Assembly (NCBI GenBank): GCA_943355025.1
Contig: CALRDW010000004.1
Span: 756-64,755 of the forward strand
DNA from: Candidatus Magasanikiibacteriota bacterium
Lineage (GTDB): Bacteria; Patescibacteriota; Patescibacteriia; Magasanikbacterales; 2-02-FULL-50-9b
Length of the DNA stretch: 64,000 nucleotides
Direction: 5' to 3'
This document shows positions 51,694 through 60,682 of the stretch, one piece after another; within the stretch, counting starts at the first letter, position 1; each line of letters opens with the position of its first letter. Below the pieces are notes generated by a model that saw nothing but the letters and a program-made list of their open reading frames with translations, was not told where the DNA came from and did not search any database. The position numbers and the translations under genes are program-made.

Positions 51694-54233
51694 TCTTTCA
51701 ATTTACAGCTCTCGACCCAAACGTAAGCTCCCAAATTTCATTTGACCCGGGACAAATTTCTGGATTGCAAAGCGTCCTCTACGCGGTGCTCGTGCCGCTC
51801 GGAATTTTTTTAGCACTTCTCGCTATTTTGCATCTCATACGTGCAATGCTCCAACACCGCGCAGAACATCTTGCTAGTTTTAATCAGCGCATCATGCTCG
51901 TTACTGTTCCTCACGAGCGCAAAGAAGATGCAAAAAGCGGTGGCGCGGCCGAAGCTGTCAACATCCAAAAAGTTCGTGAAGAGATTGCGGTGATGGAAAC
52001 GCTCTTTGCGAATGTCGGAGGTCTTCTCGCACAGCGCGGACTTAAGGCGTGGCTCATGGGACGCGATGACCAGTTTAGTTTTGAAATTGTTGCAAAAGGA
52101 GGGTTTATTTATTTTTATGTCGCAGCACCAAAAAATCTCAGCACGTTTGTCGAAGAGCAAATCCATGCACAATTCCCTGCTGCAGTAATCGAAGATGTTC
52201 CGGACTATAATATATTCACACCAACTGGCGCGATTTTGGGAAGCTATTTATTCTATAAAAGAAAAAATGCATTCCCCATAAAAACATATAAAAAACTTGA
52301 TTCTGATCCGCTGACTTCAATTACAAACGCGCTTTCAAAAGTTCAAGGCGCTGATGGCGCATGCGTTCAATTAGTTGTGCGTTCGGCTAAACGCGTGTGG
52401 CGCAGAGAAGGTATTTGGTTAGCGCGGGAAATACAGCAGGGCGGCCGATTTGAACAACTTGCAATTCGTAGTGAATTCCTAGCGTTTATTTATCGCTACG
52501 TTTATAAACCAAAAGAACACCCGCAAAAAGATGCTATGGGCGTGCAGTATCGGCTCTCTCCTATGGAGGAAGAGGTCGTAAAGGGGCTCGAAGAGAAAGC
52601 AAGTAAGGCTGGCCTTGACGTTAACGTGCGTGTTGTTGTCTCAGCAGAAGATAAAACGCTTGCACGACAACTGCTCGACCAAATTTGCGGCTCGTTTGCG
52701 CAATTCAATTCATATCATTTCGGGAATAGTTTTCAGGTTGCCGTTCCGTCAGGACAAAAACGAATCATCAAGGATTTTATTTATCGTGTTCTTCGAGAAA
52801 ATCGTTCGATGATAATGAATACTGAGGAACTCGGCTCGCTGTATCACTTTCCGTTGCCAACAACCGACACGCCAAATATTAAATGGCTCACTGCCCGTAA
52901 AGCGCCGCCGCCGAACGATCTTCCAAGTGAAGGCATCAGTCTTGGATACAATGAATATCGTGGCGTCAAAAAACAAGTACGAATGGCAAGCGAGGATCGA
53001 ACGCGCCACATGTACATCATCGGTAAATCTGGTCGTGGTAAATCTGTTCTGCAGGAAATTCTTGCGTCACAGGACATCGCGAATGGTGCCGGAGTGTGTG
53101 TTATTGATCCGCATGGTGATTTGGTTGATGATGTGTTGTCGCACGTTCCAGCAAGCCGCGCAGACGACGTGATTATTTTTGATCCAACAGATATCGAGCG
53201 GCCTCAAGGTCTTAATTTGCTTGAATACGATCCACGATATCCTGTACAAAAAACTTTTGTTATCAACGAAATGATGAAGATCATGGACAAGTTATATGAT
53301 CTTAAATCAACCGGTGGTCCGATGTTTGAACAGTACATGAAAAATTCGATGGCGCTTGTTATGGATGATCCGGAATCTGGTTCAACGCTCATGGAAATTC
53401 CAAAAGTTTTGGCGGATGAAGATTATCGCCGGTATAAATTAACAAAAACAAAAAATCCTGTTGTATACGATTTTTGGACGAAGGAAGCACAAAAGGCTGG
53501 TGGCGAAGCATCGCTCGCAAACATGGTTCCGTACATTACGTCTAAGCTCAATCAATTTGTCGCGAACGACATCATGCGGCCGATTATTGGGCAGCAAACA
53601 AGCGCATTCAATTTCCGCGAAGTGATGGACCAGAAAAAAATTCTGCTTGTGCCGCTGCGCAAAGGTAAATTGGGCGACATTAATGCGTACCTTATCGGTA
53701 TGGTTATCGTAGGTAAAATTTTGATGGCCGCACTTTCGCGAACAGACGCACCAAAAGATCAGCGCCCAGATTTTTATCTCTACATCGATGAATTCCAAAA
53801 TTTCATCACGGATTCAATCGCGACAATCTTGTCTGAAGCGCGTAAATATCGTCTCAACCTTATTGTTGCGCATCAATACATCACACAGTTGACGGGCAAT
53901 GGCGGCGACAATAAAATTCGCGATGCAATTTTCGGTAACGTTGGTACTATGATTTCTTTTACGGTTGGCGCGGAAGATGCAGAATTCTTACAAAAAGAAT
54001 TTGCGCCAACGTTTACCGCATACGATCTTGTAAATATTGAAGCGCGAACTGCGTATGTAAAAATGCTTATCAACGGAACAGCAAGCAAACCGTTTAACAT
54101 GACTGTGGACATGTATCCGCCACGCAACTACGAGCTCGCTGAGGCGATCAAACAGCTCTCACGACTGAAACATGGACGAAACCGCGAGCTTGTTGAGGAA
54201 GAAATTCGCTCACGCACGATTGGACTCTACTAA
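51690..54233 (+). CDS. VirD4/TraD-like membrane-anchored ATPase (FtsK/HerA superfamily)
   Basis: N-terminal TM; RHMYIIGKSGRGKS Walker A, IDPHGD, LYIDEFQNF Walker B, SEARKY, AHQYITQL. Confidence 0.85.
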   Translation: MIFQFTALDPNVSSQISFDPGQISGLQSVLYAVLVPLGIFLALLAILHLIRAMLQHRAEHLASFNQRIMLVTVPHERKEDAKSGGAAEAVNIQKVREEIAVMETLFANVGGLLAQRGLKAWLMGRDDQFSFEIVAKGGFIYFYVAAPKNLSTFVEEQIHAQFPAAVIEDVPDYNIFTPTGAILGSYLFYKRKNAFPIKTYKKLDSDPLTSITNALSKVQGADGACVQLVVRSAKRVWRREGIWLAREIQQGGRFEQLAIRSEFLAFIYRYVYKPKEHPQKDAMGVQYRLSPMEEEVVKGLEEKASKAGLDVNVRVVVSAEDKTLARQLLDQICGSFAQFNSYHFGNSFQVAVPSGQKRIIKDFIYRVLRENRSMIMNTEELGSLYHFPLPTTDTPNIKWLTARKAPPPNDLPSEGISLGYNEYRGVKKQVRMASEDRTRHMYIIGKSGRGKSVLQEILASQDIANGAGVCVIDPHGDLVDDVLSHVPASRADDVIIFDPTDIERPQGLNLLEYDPRYPVQKTFVINEMMKIMDKLYDLKSTGGPMFEQYMKNSMALVMDDPESGSTLMEIPKVLADEDYRRYKLTKTKNPVVYDFWTKEAQKAGGEASLANMVPYITSKLNQFVANDIMRPIIGQQTSAFNFREVMDQKKILLVPLRKGKLGDINAYLIGMVIVGKILMAALSRTDAPKDQRPDFYLYIDEFQNFITDSIATILSEARKYRLNLIVAHQYITQLTGNGGDNKIRDAIFGNVGTMISFTVGAEDAEFLQKEFAPTFTAYDLVNIEARTAYVKMLINGTASKPFNMTVDMYPPRNYELAEAIKQLSRLKHGRNRELVEEEIRSRTIGLY

Positions 54234-54274
54234 AGGCTTGCGCCGTGGCTTCAATCTGATAAGATGGCAGAACT

Positions 54275-55957
54275 ATGGGAGAAACACTGTACCGAAAATA
54301 CCGACCACAAACATTCGAGAGCATCCACGGTCAGGAAGGAATTACAACAACTCTCACCAACCAAATTAAACTTGGACGCATTGCACATGCGTATATTTTT
54401 GCGGGGACGCGCGGCACGGGAAAAACAACTACAGCGCGCGTTTTTGCAAAAGCGATTAACTGTAGAAATCGCGCGGCTGATTCGGCAGAGCCGTGTGGCG
54501 TGTGTTCGAGTTGTGCTGATATTACCAGCGGACGCTCGGTTGATGTAATAGAACTCGATGCAGCGACTCACACTGGAGTTGATATTGTACGCGAACAAAT
54601 TATTGAAAATGCGCGCATGTTGCCAACGCGCGATCCATACAAAATTTTTATCATCGACGAAGTCCACATGCTTTCGACTTCGTCTTTTAACGCGCTCCTC
54701 AAGTCTCTCGAAGAACCTCCCGCACACGTAGTCTACATTCTTGCAACAACAGAACTCCATAAAATTCCAACAACTGTTGCGTCGCGATGTCAGCGATTTA
54801 TTTTCCATCCCCTGTCCCTCGATGTGATGGAAAAAAAATTAACTGACATTGCATTAAAAGAATCAGTTGAGGTTGATGCTTCCGTTATTCGACGAGTGCT
54901 TTCTGTTTCTGGTGGTGCGATGCGCGACGCTGAATCATTGCTCGGTCAATTATTGTCGCTTGGCGGCGCACACATTACAGATACTGATGCGGATTTATTA
55001 TTGCCGCCAACACTTCTTCAAGAATCTTTGAGTTTTATTGAGACGCTCGTGCAGGGGTCTGCTGAAAAAGCATTCGCGCACATCGAACAGCTCTTTGAGT
55101 CTGGTGTTGATTTGCCGTCGCTGCACGATGCCCTCACGCGGCATGCGCACGAGCTTCTCGTCGTTCGCGCAACAAAAGATCTTCCGATTTTTCTAGGAAT
55201 TTTTTCCGATGCGGACAGCGCGCTCATAAAAAAATATGCGGAAACAACAACTTCCGCGTGGCTTGGAAATTTTATTGACCAGCTCCTGGCGAAAAAATTA
55301 CTCTATAAAACAGTGAGCTCGCCGTTCATACCGCTTCACCTTGTTGTAACAGCGCTCACATCGCCCTACACCGAGAAACCACGCGCACCAGTATCCTCTC
55401 AGACGCCCATAGCGCGCGCACCAGCAATAATTGTACCACCTGTAGCTTCTGCCCTACCGCCAACGCCGCAAAACACCCACTTTATAACTTCTATAACGGA
55501 CGAGGCGCGCGCAGAGGATTCCGGAGCGGCTGCTGCACGTGTACCGCAGCAATCACAAACTGTCCCCGGTTCCGAAATAAACGCTACCGAAATTGTCGTA
55601 ACACCTTCTGAACCAGTGCAACCGCGTGTAACTCTGACGCTCGACGATGTGCGGGGCCACTGGGTGCAAACAACGCAGCATATCACCTCAGAAATGCCTT
55701 CGCTCGGAATTATTTTGTCTTCAACACAGCTATGTGACATACAAGCAGGCGTGCTGCAACTCGGCGTTCAATTCCCGATGTACCGCGAAAAACTGCTCGA
55801 TCTCAAAGTCAAAAATAAGATTGAAAACGTCCTTGAGCGGTTCTCGGGAAGCCCTCTTCGATATACGATTGTTGATTGGGAAACAGCTGCAGCAGCTCCG
55901 CAGGAACCCGAGGTTACGGATATTTTAGAGGCGTTTGGCGGCCGTGTTGTTGCATAA
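54275..55957 (+). CDS. dnaX: DNA polymerase III subunit gamma/tau
   Basis: LYRKYRPQTF, GTRGTGKT, IDEVHMLS, SRCQRF. Confidence 0.96.
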   Translation: MGETLYRKYRPQTFESIHGQEGITTTLTNQIKLGRIAHAYIFAGTRGTGKTTTARVFAKAINCRNRAADSAEPCGVCSSCADITSGRSVDVIELDAATHTGVDIVREQIIENARMLPTRDPYKIFIIDEVHMLSTSSFNALLKSLEEPPAHVVYILATTELHKIPTTVASRCQRFIFHPLSLDVMEKKLTDIALKESVEVDASVIRRVLSVSGGAMRDAESLLGQLLSLGGAHITDTDADLLLPPTLLQESLSFIETLVQGSAEKAFAHIEQLFESGVDLPSLHDALTRHAHELLVVRATKDLPIFLGIFSDADSALIKKYAETTTSAWLGNFIDQLLAKKLLYKTVSSPFIPLHLVVTALTSPYTEKPRAPVSSQTPIARAPAIIVPPVASALPPTPQNTHFITSITDEARAEDSGAAAARVPQQSQTVPGSEINATEIVVTPSEPVQPRVTLTLDDVRGHWVQTTQHITSEMPSLGIILSSTQLCDIQAGVLQLGVQFPMYREKLLDLKVKNKIENVLERFSGSPLRYTIVDWETAAAAPQEPEVTDILEAFGGRVVA

Positions 55958-56035
55958 CCCGAAGGCTGCGCCGTCCCGTACTCGAAACTTGTAAGGAGCG
56001 CCGCGCTGTGTTATAGTGCTGCCACCTAAATCCAT

Positions 56036-56109
56036 TCCGAGATCGTCTAATGGTAGGACTCCTGCCTCTGGAGCAGGGTATCTAGGTTCGAATCCTGGTC
56101 TCGGAGCCA
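56036..56109 (+). tRNA. tRNA-Gln (CTG)
   Basis: Acceptor TCCGAGA/TCTCGGA, anticodon arm CCTGC-CTCTGGA-GCAGG, GTTCGAATC, encoded CCA. Confidence 0.95.
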
Positions 56110-56150
56110 AAGAAAAAAGCTGATCCTTGTGATCAGCTTTTTTCTTTGGC
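56106..56150 (+). terminator. terminator hairpin overlapping the tRNA 3' end
   Basis: Perfect 20-bp inverted repeat GCCAAAGAAAAAAGCTGATC / GATCAGCTTTTTTCTTTGGC. Confidence 0.8.
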
Positions 56151-56155
56151 CTTTG

Positions 56156-56214
56156 TAGAGACTAGGACTCGAGAAGCGACATGGATCGCGACGAGAGCGA
56201 GATCCTAGTCTCTA
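56156..56214. repeat. tRNA-derived inverted repeat element
   Basis: TAGAGACTAGGA ... TCCTAGTCTCTA arms resemble the tRNA-Gln T-arm/acceptor; inner GCGA/TCGC stem. Confidence 0.6.
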
Positions 56215-56249
56215 TGGTATACTTTCTCTAAATAAATGCAACAAACCTC

Positions 56250-56408
56250 ATGCTCCCCAATCCATTTGAAAAACAGCTTCCTGAATTTAAAAATACTGAC
56301 CCTTTAAAAAATTGCGCAGGTTGGTCAAATAATAAAGCATCTATGACGTCAAGTGGACCGTGTCAAGCAACCTCTTGGGACGAAAATTTTGATCTGGCTA
56401 TTGATTAA
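56250..56408 (+). CDS. putative 52-aa small protein (not in ORF track)
   Basis: MLPNPFEKQLPEFKNTDPLKNCAGWSNNKASMTSSGPCQATSWDENFDLAID; fills the gap and ends 8 nt before the next ATG. Confidence 0.4.
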   Translation: MLPNPFEKQLPEFKNTDPLKNCAGWSNNKASMTSSGPCQATSWDENFDLAID

Positions 56409-56416
56409 TAGCAGCT

Positions 56417-56965
56417 ATGAACCTTTTTTTACTCCTCCTCGTTTTCAGCATTCTTGTAACATTTTCTATTGCCTCATTCAGCGCTGCACCATGGGTTCCT
56501 GTACATACACGAGACATTGGTCGAATTTTAAAACTCGCGGCAATCGCGCCTGGAGAAATATTCGTCGAGCTCGGCTCTGGCGACGGGAGAACGCTTGCCG
56601 CTGCCGCGCACGCGGGAGCACGAGCAATAGGTTTTGAAATCTCTCTCCTCCCCTACTTAATTTCACGCGTTCGTTTTTTATTCCTCTCCTCAAAAATTCG
56701 GCCACGCATTTTTTATAAAAGTTTTTGGAGTGCAGATCTGTCCCAGGCGGACGTTGTATATTTATTTCTGATGCCCAAAGTTGGAGAAAAATTGGTCAAA
56801 AAACTACGGGCAGAGCTGCGGCCTGGCGCGCGCGTTATCACGTATGTGTGGCCTCTGACAGGATGGACGCCGGAGAAGACGGATGTAATTCAAAACCAGT
56901 TGGCGCTCCACCTGCATGTTGTACCAACGCATTCAGAATCTCTTCAAGTTCCGCCAGTGTCGTAA
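56417..56965 (+). CDS. membrane-anchored SAM methyltransferase (FAM173-like)
   Basis: N-terminal TM, APWVP, ELGSGDGR, VYLFLMP, ELRPGARV. Confidence 0.8.
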   Translation: MNLFLLLLVFSILVTFSIASFSAAPWVPVHTRDIGRILKLAAIAPGEIFVELGSGDGRTLAAAAHAGARAIGFEISLLPYLISRVRFLFLSSKIRPRIFYKSFWSADLSQADVVYLFLMPKVGEKLVKKLRAELRPGARVITYVWPLTGWTPEKTDVIQNQLALHLHVVPTHSESLQVPPVS

Positions 56966-57869
56966 CTTTTACGAGCTGTTCGCGCCATGGTTTGATGTGG
57001 TCGATGCCTTTAAAATACCACGACAAATGTTTTCGAAATGTAACAACGCCGCGCTCACCATATTCGGCAACATGCAGCCGCGCATGCGCAAGAACATACT
57101 GCGCGCGCTGTGCAAGCGTGATTTCAGTTTGCCGTGCGCCCGTTTTTGCAATCTCTTCATACCACTGAAAAAACCACGGGCAGCCGAGTGCGCCGCGCGC
57201 AATTAAAACGCCATCACATTTTGAAATCGCAAGCGCTTCAAAAACTTTTTCTGGTGTGTGAATGTCACCATTGCATAAAACCGGAATTGAAACCTGCTCT
57301 TTTGCGCGCCCGATCATTTCCCAATCAGCAATGCCGCTGTAGCCTTGCGCGCGCGTGCGACCATGAATCGTAACAAGTGTCGCGCCAGCATCTTCAATGC
57401 GTTTAATAAATTCGAGGCAATCTGTTTTATCGCTCCACCCCAATCGAATCTTGACGCTAATCGGTGCTTCGACAGCGCGTTTCATTTCACGTATAATTGC
57501 ACACGCCCGATCTGGATCTTTCATCAAACACGCGCCATTAAAATCTGAAACCAGTTTATACACAGGACAACCCATGTTGATATCGATACCATCCGGATGA
57601 AAATTTTTCTCAACAATCTCAGCAGCTCGCGCCATTGTTAATGGATCTTTCCCGAAAATCTGCTGGATAAGCGGACGCTCTTCTTCGTGGAACGCCGCCA
57701 TGTGAAGAGTCTTTGCAGATTCGCGCACAAGTGCCTCGGACGAAACCATTTCACGAAACACAACGGGCCACCCAAATTGTTTAGCGATACGACAAAATGG
57801 CGAATCTGTCATATCCGCCATTGGTGAAAGCGCTATAATCGGTTTTTTAAGTTCAGCCCAAGAAATCAT
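56838..57869 (-). CDS. dusB: tRNA-dihydrouridine synthase
   Basis: LSPMADMTD, DINMGCP, VKIRLG, IHGRT, NGDI, FRKHLSWY. Confidence 0.93.
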   Translation of the reverse strand: MISWAELKKPIIALSPMADMTDSPFCRIAKQFGWPVVFREMVSSEALVRESAKTLHMAAFHEEERPLIQQIFGKDPLTMARAAEIVEKNFHPDGIDINMGCPVYKLVSDFNGACLMKDPDRACAIIREMKRAVEAPISVKIRLGWSDKTDCLEFIKRIEDAGATLVTIHGRTRAQGYSGIADWEMIGRAKEQVSIPVLCNGDIHTPEKVFEALAISKCDGVLIARGALGCPWFFQWYEEIAKTGARQTEITLAQRAQYVLAHARLHVAEYGERGVVTFRKHLSWYFKGIDHIKPWREQLVKVTTLAELEEILNALVQHAGGAPTGFELHPSSPASILSEATHT

Positions 57870-57908
57870 GGGGTGAACTCTACCAGAAAAACCCTACCAA
57901 AGCAAGGT

Positions 57909-58064
57909 TTACTCCTCGTCACCCGCAATTGCGTCGTTATCGTCGCCACCAATATCTGTTTCCCCGCCAACAATGTCATCATCCTCACGGCCAAAACCCT
58001 CAAGAGGTTCTTGATCCTTAAATACGTCTGCCTCATCGTCTTGTGTGTCATCTACAGTCAACAT
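57909..58064 (-). CDS. 51-aa highly acidic small protein (not in ORF track)
   Basis: MLTVDDTQDDEADVFKDQEPLEGFGREDDDIVGGETDIGGDDNDAIAGDEE; own promoter and AT-rich leader. Confidence 0.65.
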   Translation of the reverse strand: MLTVDDTQDDEADVFKDQEPLEGFGREDDDIVGGETDIGGDDNDAIAGDEE

Positions 58065-58094
58065 ATTTTTATATTATTGTATTGGTTAAATTTG

Positions 58095-58136
58095 ATGATA
58101 ACAAACTTTTTTTCGTCATGCAAAATTTTATCCACA
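58095..58136 (-). promoter_or_regulatory. sigma70 promoter with adjacent DnaA box
   Basis: Minus strand TTGCAT-N17-TATCAT (58123-58095) with TG extension; TTATCCACA at 58128-58136. Confidence 0.6.
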
Positions 58137-58165
58137 CGTGTGTCGCCCAAACAAATCTTCGTACA

Positions 58166-58894
58166 TTATTCGGCGCGGAGTTCCCAAAAAATATTCAACG
58201 CATCATCTAGCTTTGCTGAATTAAAATTTCGGTCAACTCCCTCAAGTCGAATAACGCGCCATCCTGTTTTTTCGAATAATGCTCGCAGTTCATCGAGCTC
58301 AAACGCGTGACAGTAGCGCGATTCGTCAGCTCCGTGCGTTTTCCATGGCACATGCACATCGCCCAAATCATACCCCGCTCGTGGCGCCGCAAGTTCAGCA
58401 GCTAAGCCGTAGCGCCCCTGAAAAACTGACCCGCGCAGATTCCAAACAGAGCCAATAAACGTTGCACCCGCTTTTGAAATCGTGTGAATATGACGGAGCA
58501 ACTGAAGACGTAGATGCTCGCTCGGCGTGTGGTGTAGCACGGCCATCATAAATATCACATCGAACTGGTGTCCGTCAAATGGCATGTCAAACATGCTGAA
58601 ATTCACAAAGCCGAGCCAGCCAGCGGCAACGTCCTCAGCGTTGTTTTTACGGGCAATTTTGACGAGTTCAGCCGATCCATCGAGGCCAATCATGTTGATA
58701 CTCGAGGAGCGGAGTGCTGCAGCAAGTCGCCCGTTGCCACACCCAATATCTAAAACAAGGTCTTGAGCCTTGACATAGTGGCTGAGTGCAGTAAAATCCT
58801 GTGATGTGGTTCGATTATCGTCAAAATCGACCGCAATACGGTCGTATAAACGGCTGGTTTGGCGTACAATAGAGTCTGCCATTTCATGAGTCAT
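58166..58894 (-). CDS. Trm9/ALKBH8-like class I SAM tRNA methyltransferase
   Basis: YDRIAVDFDDNR, LDIGCGNGR, MAVLHH, SVW, DVHVPWK and RYCHAF motifs in Trm9 order. Confidence 0.72.
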   Translation of the reverse strand: MTHEMADSIVRQTSRLYDRIAVDFDDNRTTSQDFTALSHYVKAQDLVLDIGCGNGRLAAALRSSSINMIGLDGSAELVKIARKNNAEDVAAGWLGFVNFSMFDMPFDGHQFDVIFMMAVLHHTPSEHLRLQLLRHIHTISKAGATFIGSVWNLRGSVFQGRYGLAAELAAPRAGYDLGDVHVPWKTHGADESRYCHAFELDELRALFEKTGWRVIRLEGVDRNFNSAKLDDALNIFWELRAE

Positions 58895-60640
58895 ATGCTT
58901 GAGCGCTTATGCGCGATTATTATTCAAGAAGCTCTTGCGCGCGGCGTCGCTGATAAGGACACATTGACGCACCTCAAGCGCGAACTTGCTGCAGCAACCA
59001 AAGCCTCGCCTCCTGCGACGGTTGATCTTCGGCGCGCATATTTAAAATTATTGGAGGAAGGCACGATTGAAAAATCTCCACTCCTCGACTCACTTCTGCG
59101 CAAACGCGATGTGCGAACACAAAGCGGCGTTGCCATTATAACAGTTCTGACAAAACCATACCCATGTCCAGGAACGTGTGCATATTGTCCGACCGAGGTT
59201 CGCATGCCGAAGAGTTATATTGAAACAGAACCTGCGGCTCAACGCGCGCTCGCGAACAAATTTGATCCGTATGAACAGGTGATTTCACGCCTCACAACCT
59301 TGGACGGCAATGGTCACCCAACAGACAAAATCGAACTCATTGTTAAGGGCGGCACGTGGTCTGCATACCGCTGGGATTATCAACTGTGGTTTATCCGCCG
59401 TTGTTTTGACGCATGCAATGATTTTGGATCAGACGGCGAGCATAGCATGGATATTGCAATTGTCAAAGCCCATGAATCAGGTAGTTTTGAATACGTTGAT
59501 ACGCCAGAAATGCGAACGCATGATGAGATTTCAAAATTTACAACAAGCGAGCTCGCAAAAATTGAAACGGCACAAATTCAAAATGAGACAGCGCCGAACC
59601 GCGTCATCGGAATGACACTCGAAACGCGCCCAGATTGGGTTCGGCCACACACGATTTGGCAACTGCGCGTTCTCGGCTGCACACGCATCGAGCTTGGCCT
59701 CCAACACACGGACAACAAAATTTTAGAATATATTAAACGTGGCCACACGGTTGAAGATACAATGGAGGCACTGCGGCTTCTGCGTCACGCTGGATTTAAA
59801 GTTGATGTCCATACCATGCCTCAGCTGCCGGGAACGACGCCGGAAAAAGATTATCAAATGTTTGTTGAGTTGTTCGCGGATGAGCGTTTGCGGCCTGACA
59901 TGATAAAAATTTATCCGTGTGTTGTAACACCAACAGCAGAAATTGCTGAGTGGCACGCGGCCGGAACCTACACGCCGTACGACGTCGGCGAACTTATCTC
60001 AATGCTCGCTCGCGTAAAAACCGAACTTATCCCCTATTACTGCCGCATCTCGCGACTCATCCGCGATATTCCAGGAACTGAAATTATCGCGGGCAACATC
60101 ATTACAAATTTACGCGAAACAATTCAAAAACAAATTCATGCGGATGGGCTTGTTTGCAAATGCTTGCGTTGCCGCGAGATTGGTCACGCGATTAAAACTG
60201 ATCCAACGCTGCTCGGCGTTTTTGAAACAGCGACGCTCAATGTTGATGAATATCGTGCGTCTGATGGAACGGAATATTTTTTGAGCATCGAGGATCCGGA
60301 GAGGCGTGCAGTGTTTGCGTTTGCGCGGCTGTATATACCGGACGCGCCGAAAGACAACGACACTGCGGTTAAAAAAATTCATGAGCTGCTCCCAGAAACT
60401 GCAGGCGCCGCATTTATTCGTGAGCTGCATACGTATGGCTTCATGGTTCCGCTTGCGCCGTCGGACACGAATGAACAACAGCATCGCGGCCTCGGAAAAA
60501 GCCTCATTATAGCAGCTGAGGATATTGCTCGTCGCGCCGGCGCGTCACGGATGACCGTTATTTCAGGTGTTGGCGTTCGCGGCTACTACGAAAAAATTGG
60601 TTATCGACGAAGCGGGACGTACATGATAAAATCCCTGTAG
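58895..60640 (+). CDS. elp3: Elongator protein 3 (radical SAM + GNAT), tRNA U34 carboxymethyltransferase
   Basis: RTQSGVA, CPGTCAYCP, PKSY, GGTW, ETRPD, ELGLQ, KIYP, RLIRDIP, CLRCRE, RELHTYG, QHRGLG, ISGVGVRGYY. Confidence 0.93.
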   Translation: MLERLCAIIIQEALARGVADKDTLTHLKRELAAATKASPPATVDLRRAYLKLLEEGTIEKSPLLDSLLRKRDVRTQSGVAIITVLTKPYPCPGTCAYCPTEVRMPKSYIETEPAAQRALANKFDPYEQVISRLTTLDGNGHPTDKIELIVKGGTWSAYRWDYQLWFIRRCFDACNDFGSDGEHSMDIAIVKAHESGSFEYVDTPEMRTHDEISKFTTSELAKIETAQIQNETAPNRVIGMTLETRPDWVRPHTIWQLRVLGCTRIELGLQHTDNKILEYIKRGHTVEDTMEALRLLRHAGFKVDVHTMPQLPGTTPEKDYQMFVELFADERLRPDMIKIYPCVVTPTAEIAEWHAAGTYTPYDVGELISMLARVKTELIPYYCRISRLIRDIPGTEIIAGNIITNLRETIQKQIHADGLVCKCLRCREIGHAIKTDPTLLGVFETATLNVDEYRASDGTEYFLSIEDPERRAVFAFARLYIPDAPKDNDTAVKKIHELLPETAGAAFIRELHTYGFMVPLAPSDTNEQQHRGLGKSLIIAAEDIARRAGASRMTVISGVGVRGYYEKIGYRRSGTYMIKSL

Positions 60641-60682
60641 TTTTTGACTTAACCTCAGTCGCCATCCGCGCGGCACATTCCT

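Noticed and set aside
56838-56965. 128-bp convergent overlap between the methyltransferase and dusB
   Set aside because: The DusB tail in the overlap looks like non-conserved run-on sequence, as expected in a compact genome
57866-58051. 61-aa ORF MTHKTMRQ... from the track as the gene upstream of dusB
   Set aside because: The alternative frame 57909-58064 has a better start context and strongly biased protein-like composition
58895-60640. Radical SAM enzyme as a RiPP maturase for the nearby small ORFs
   Set aside because: It has the full Elp3 motif set with a GNAT domain and no SPASM or RRE features
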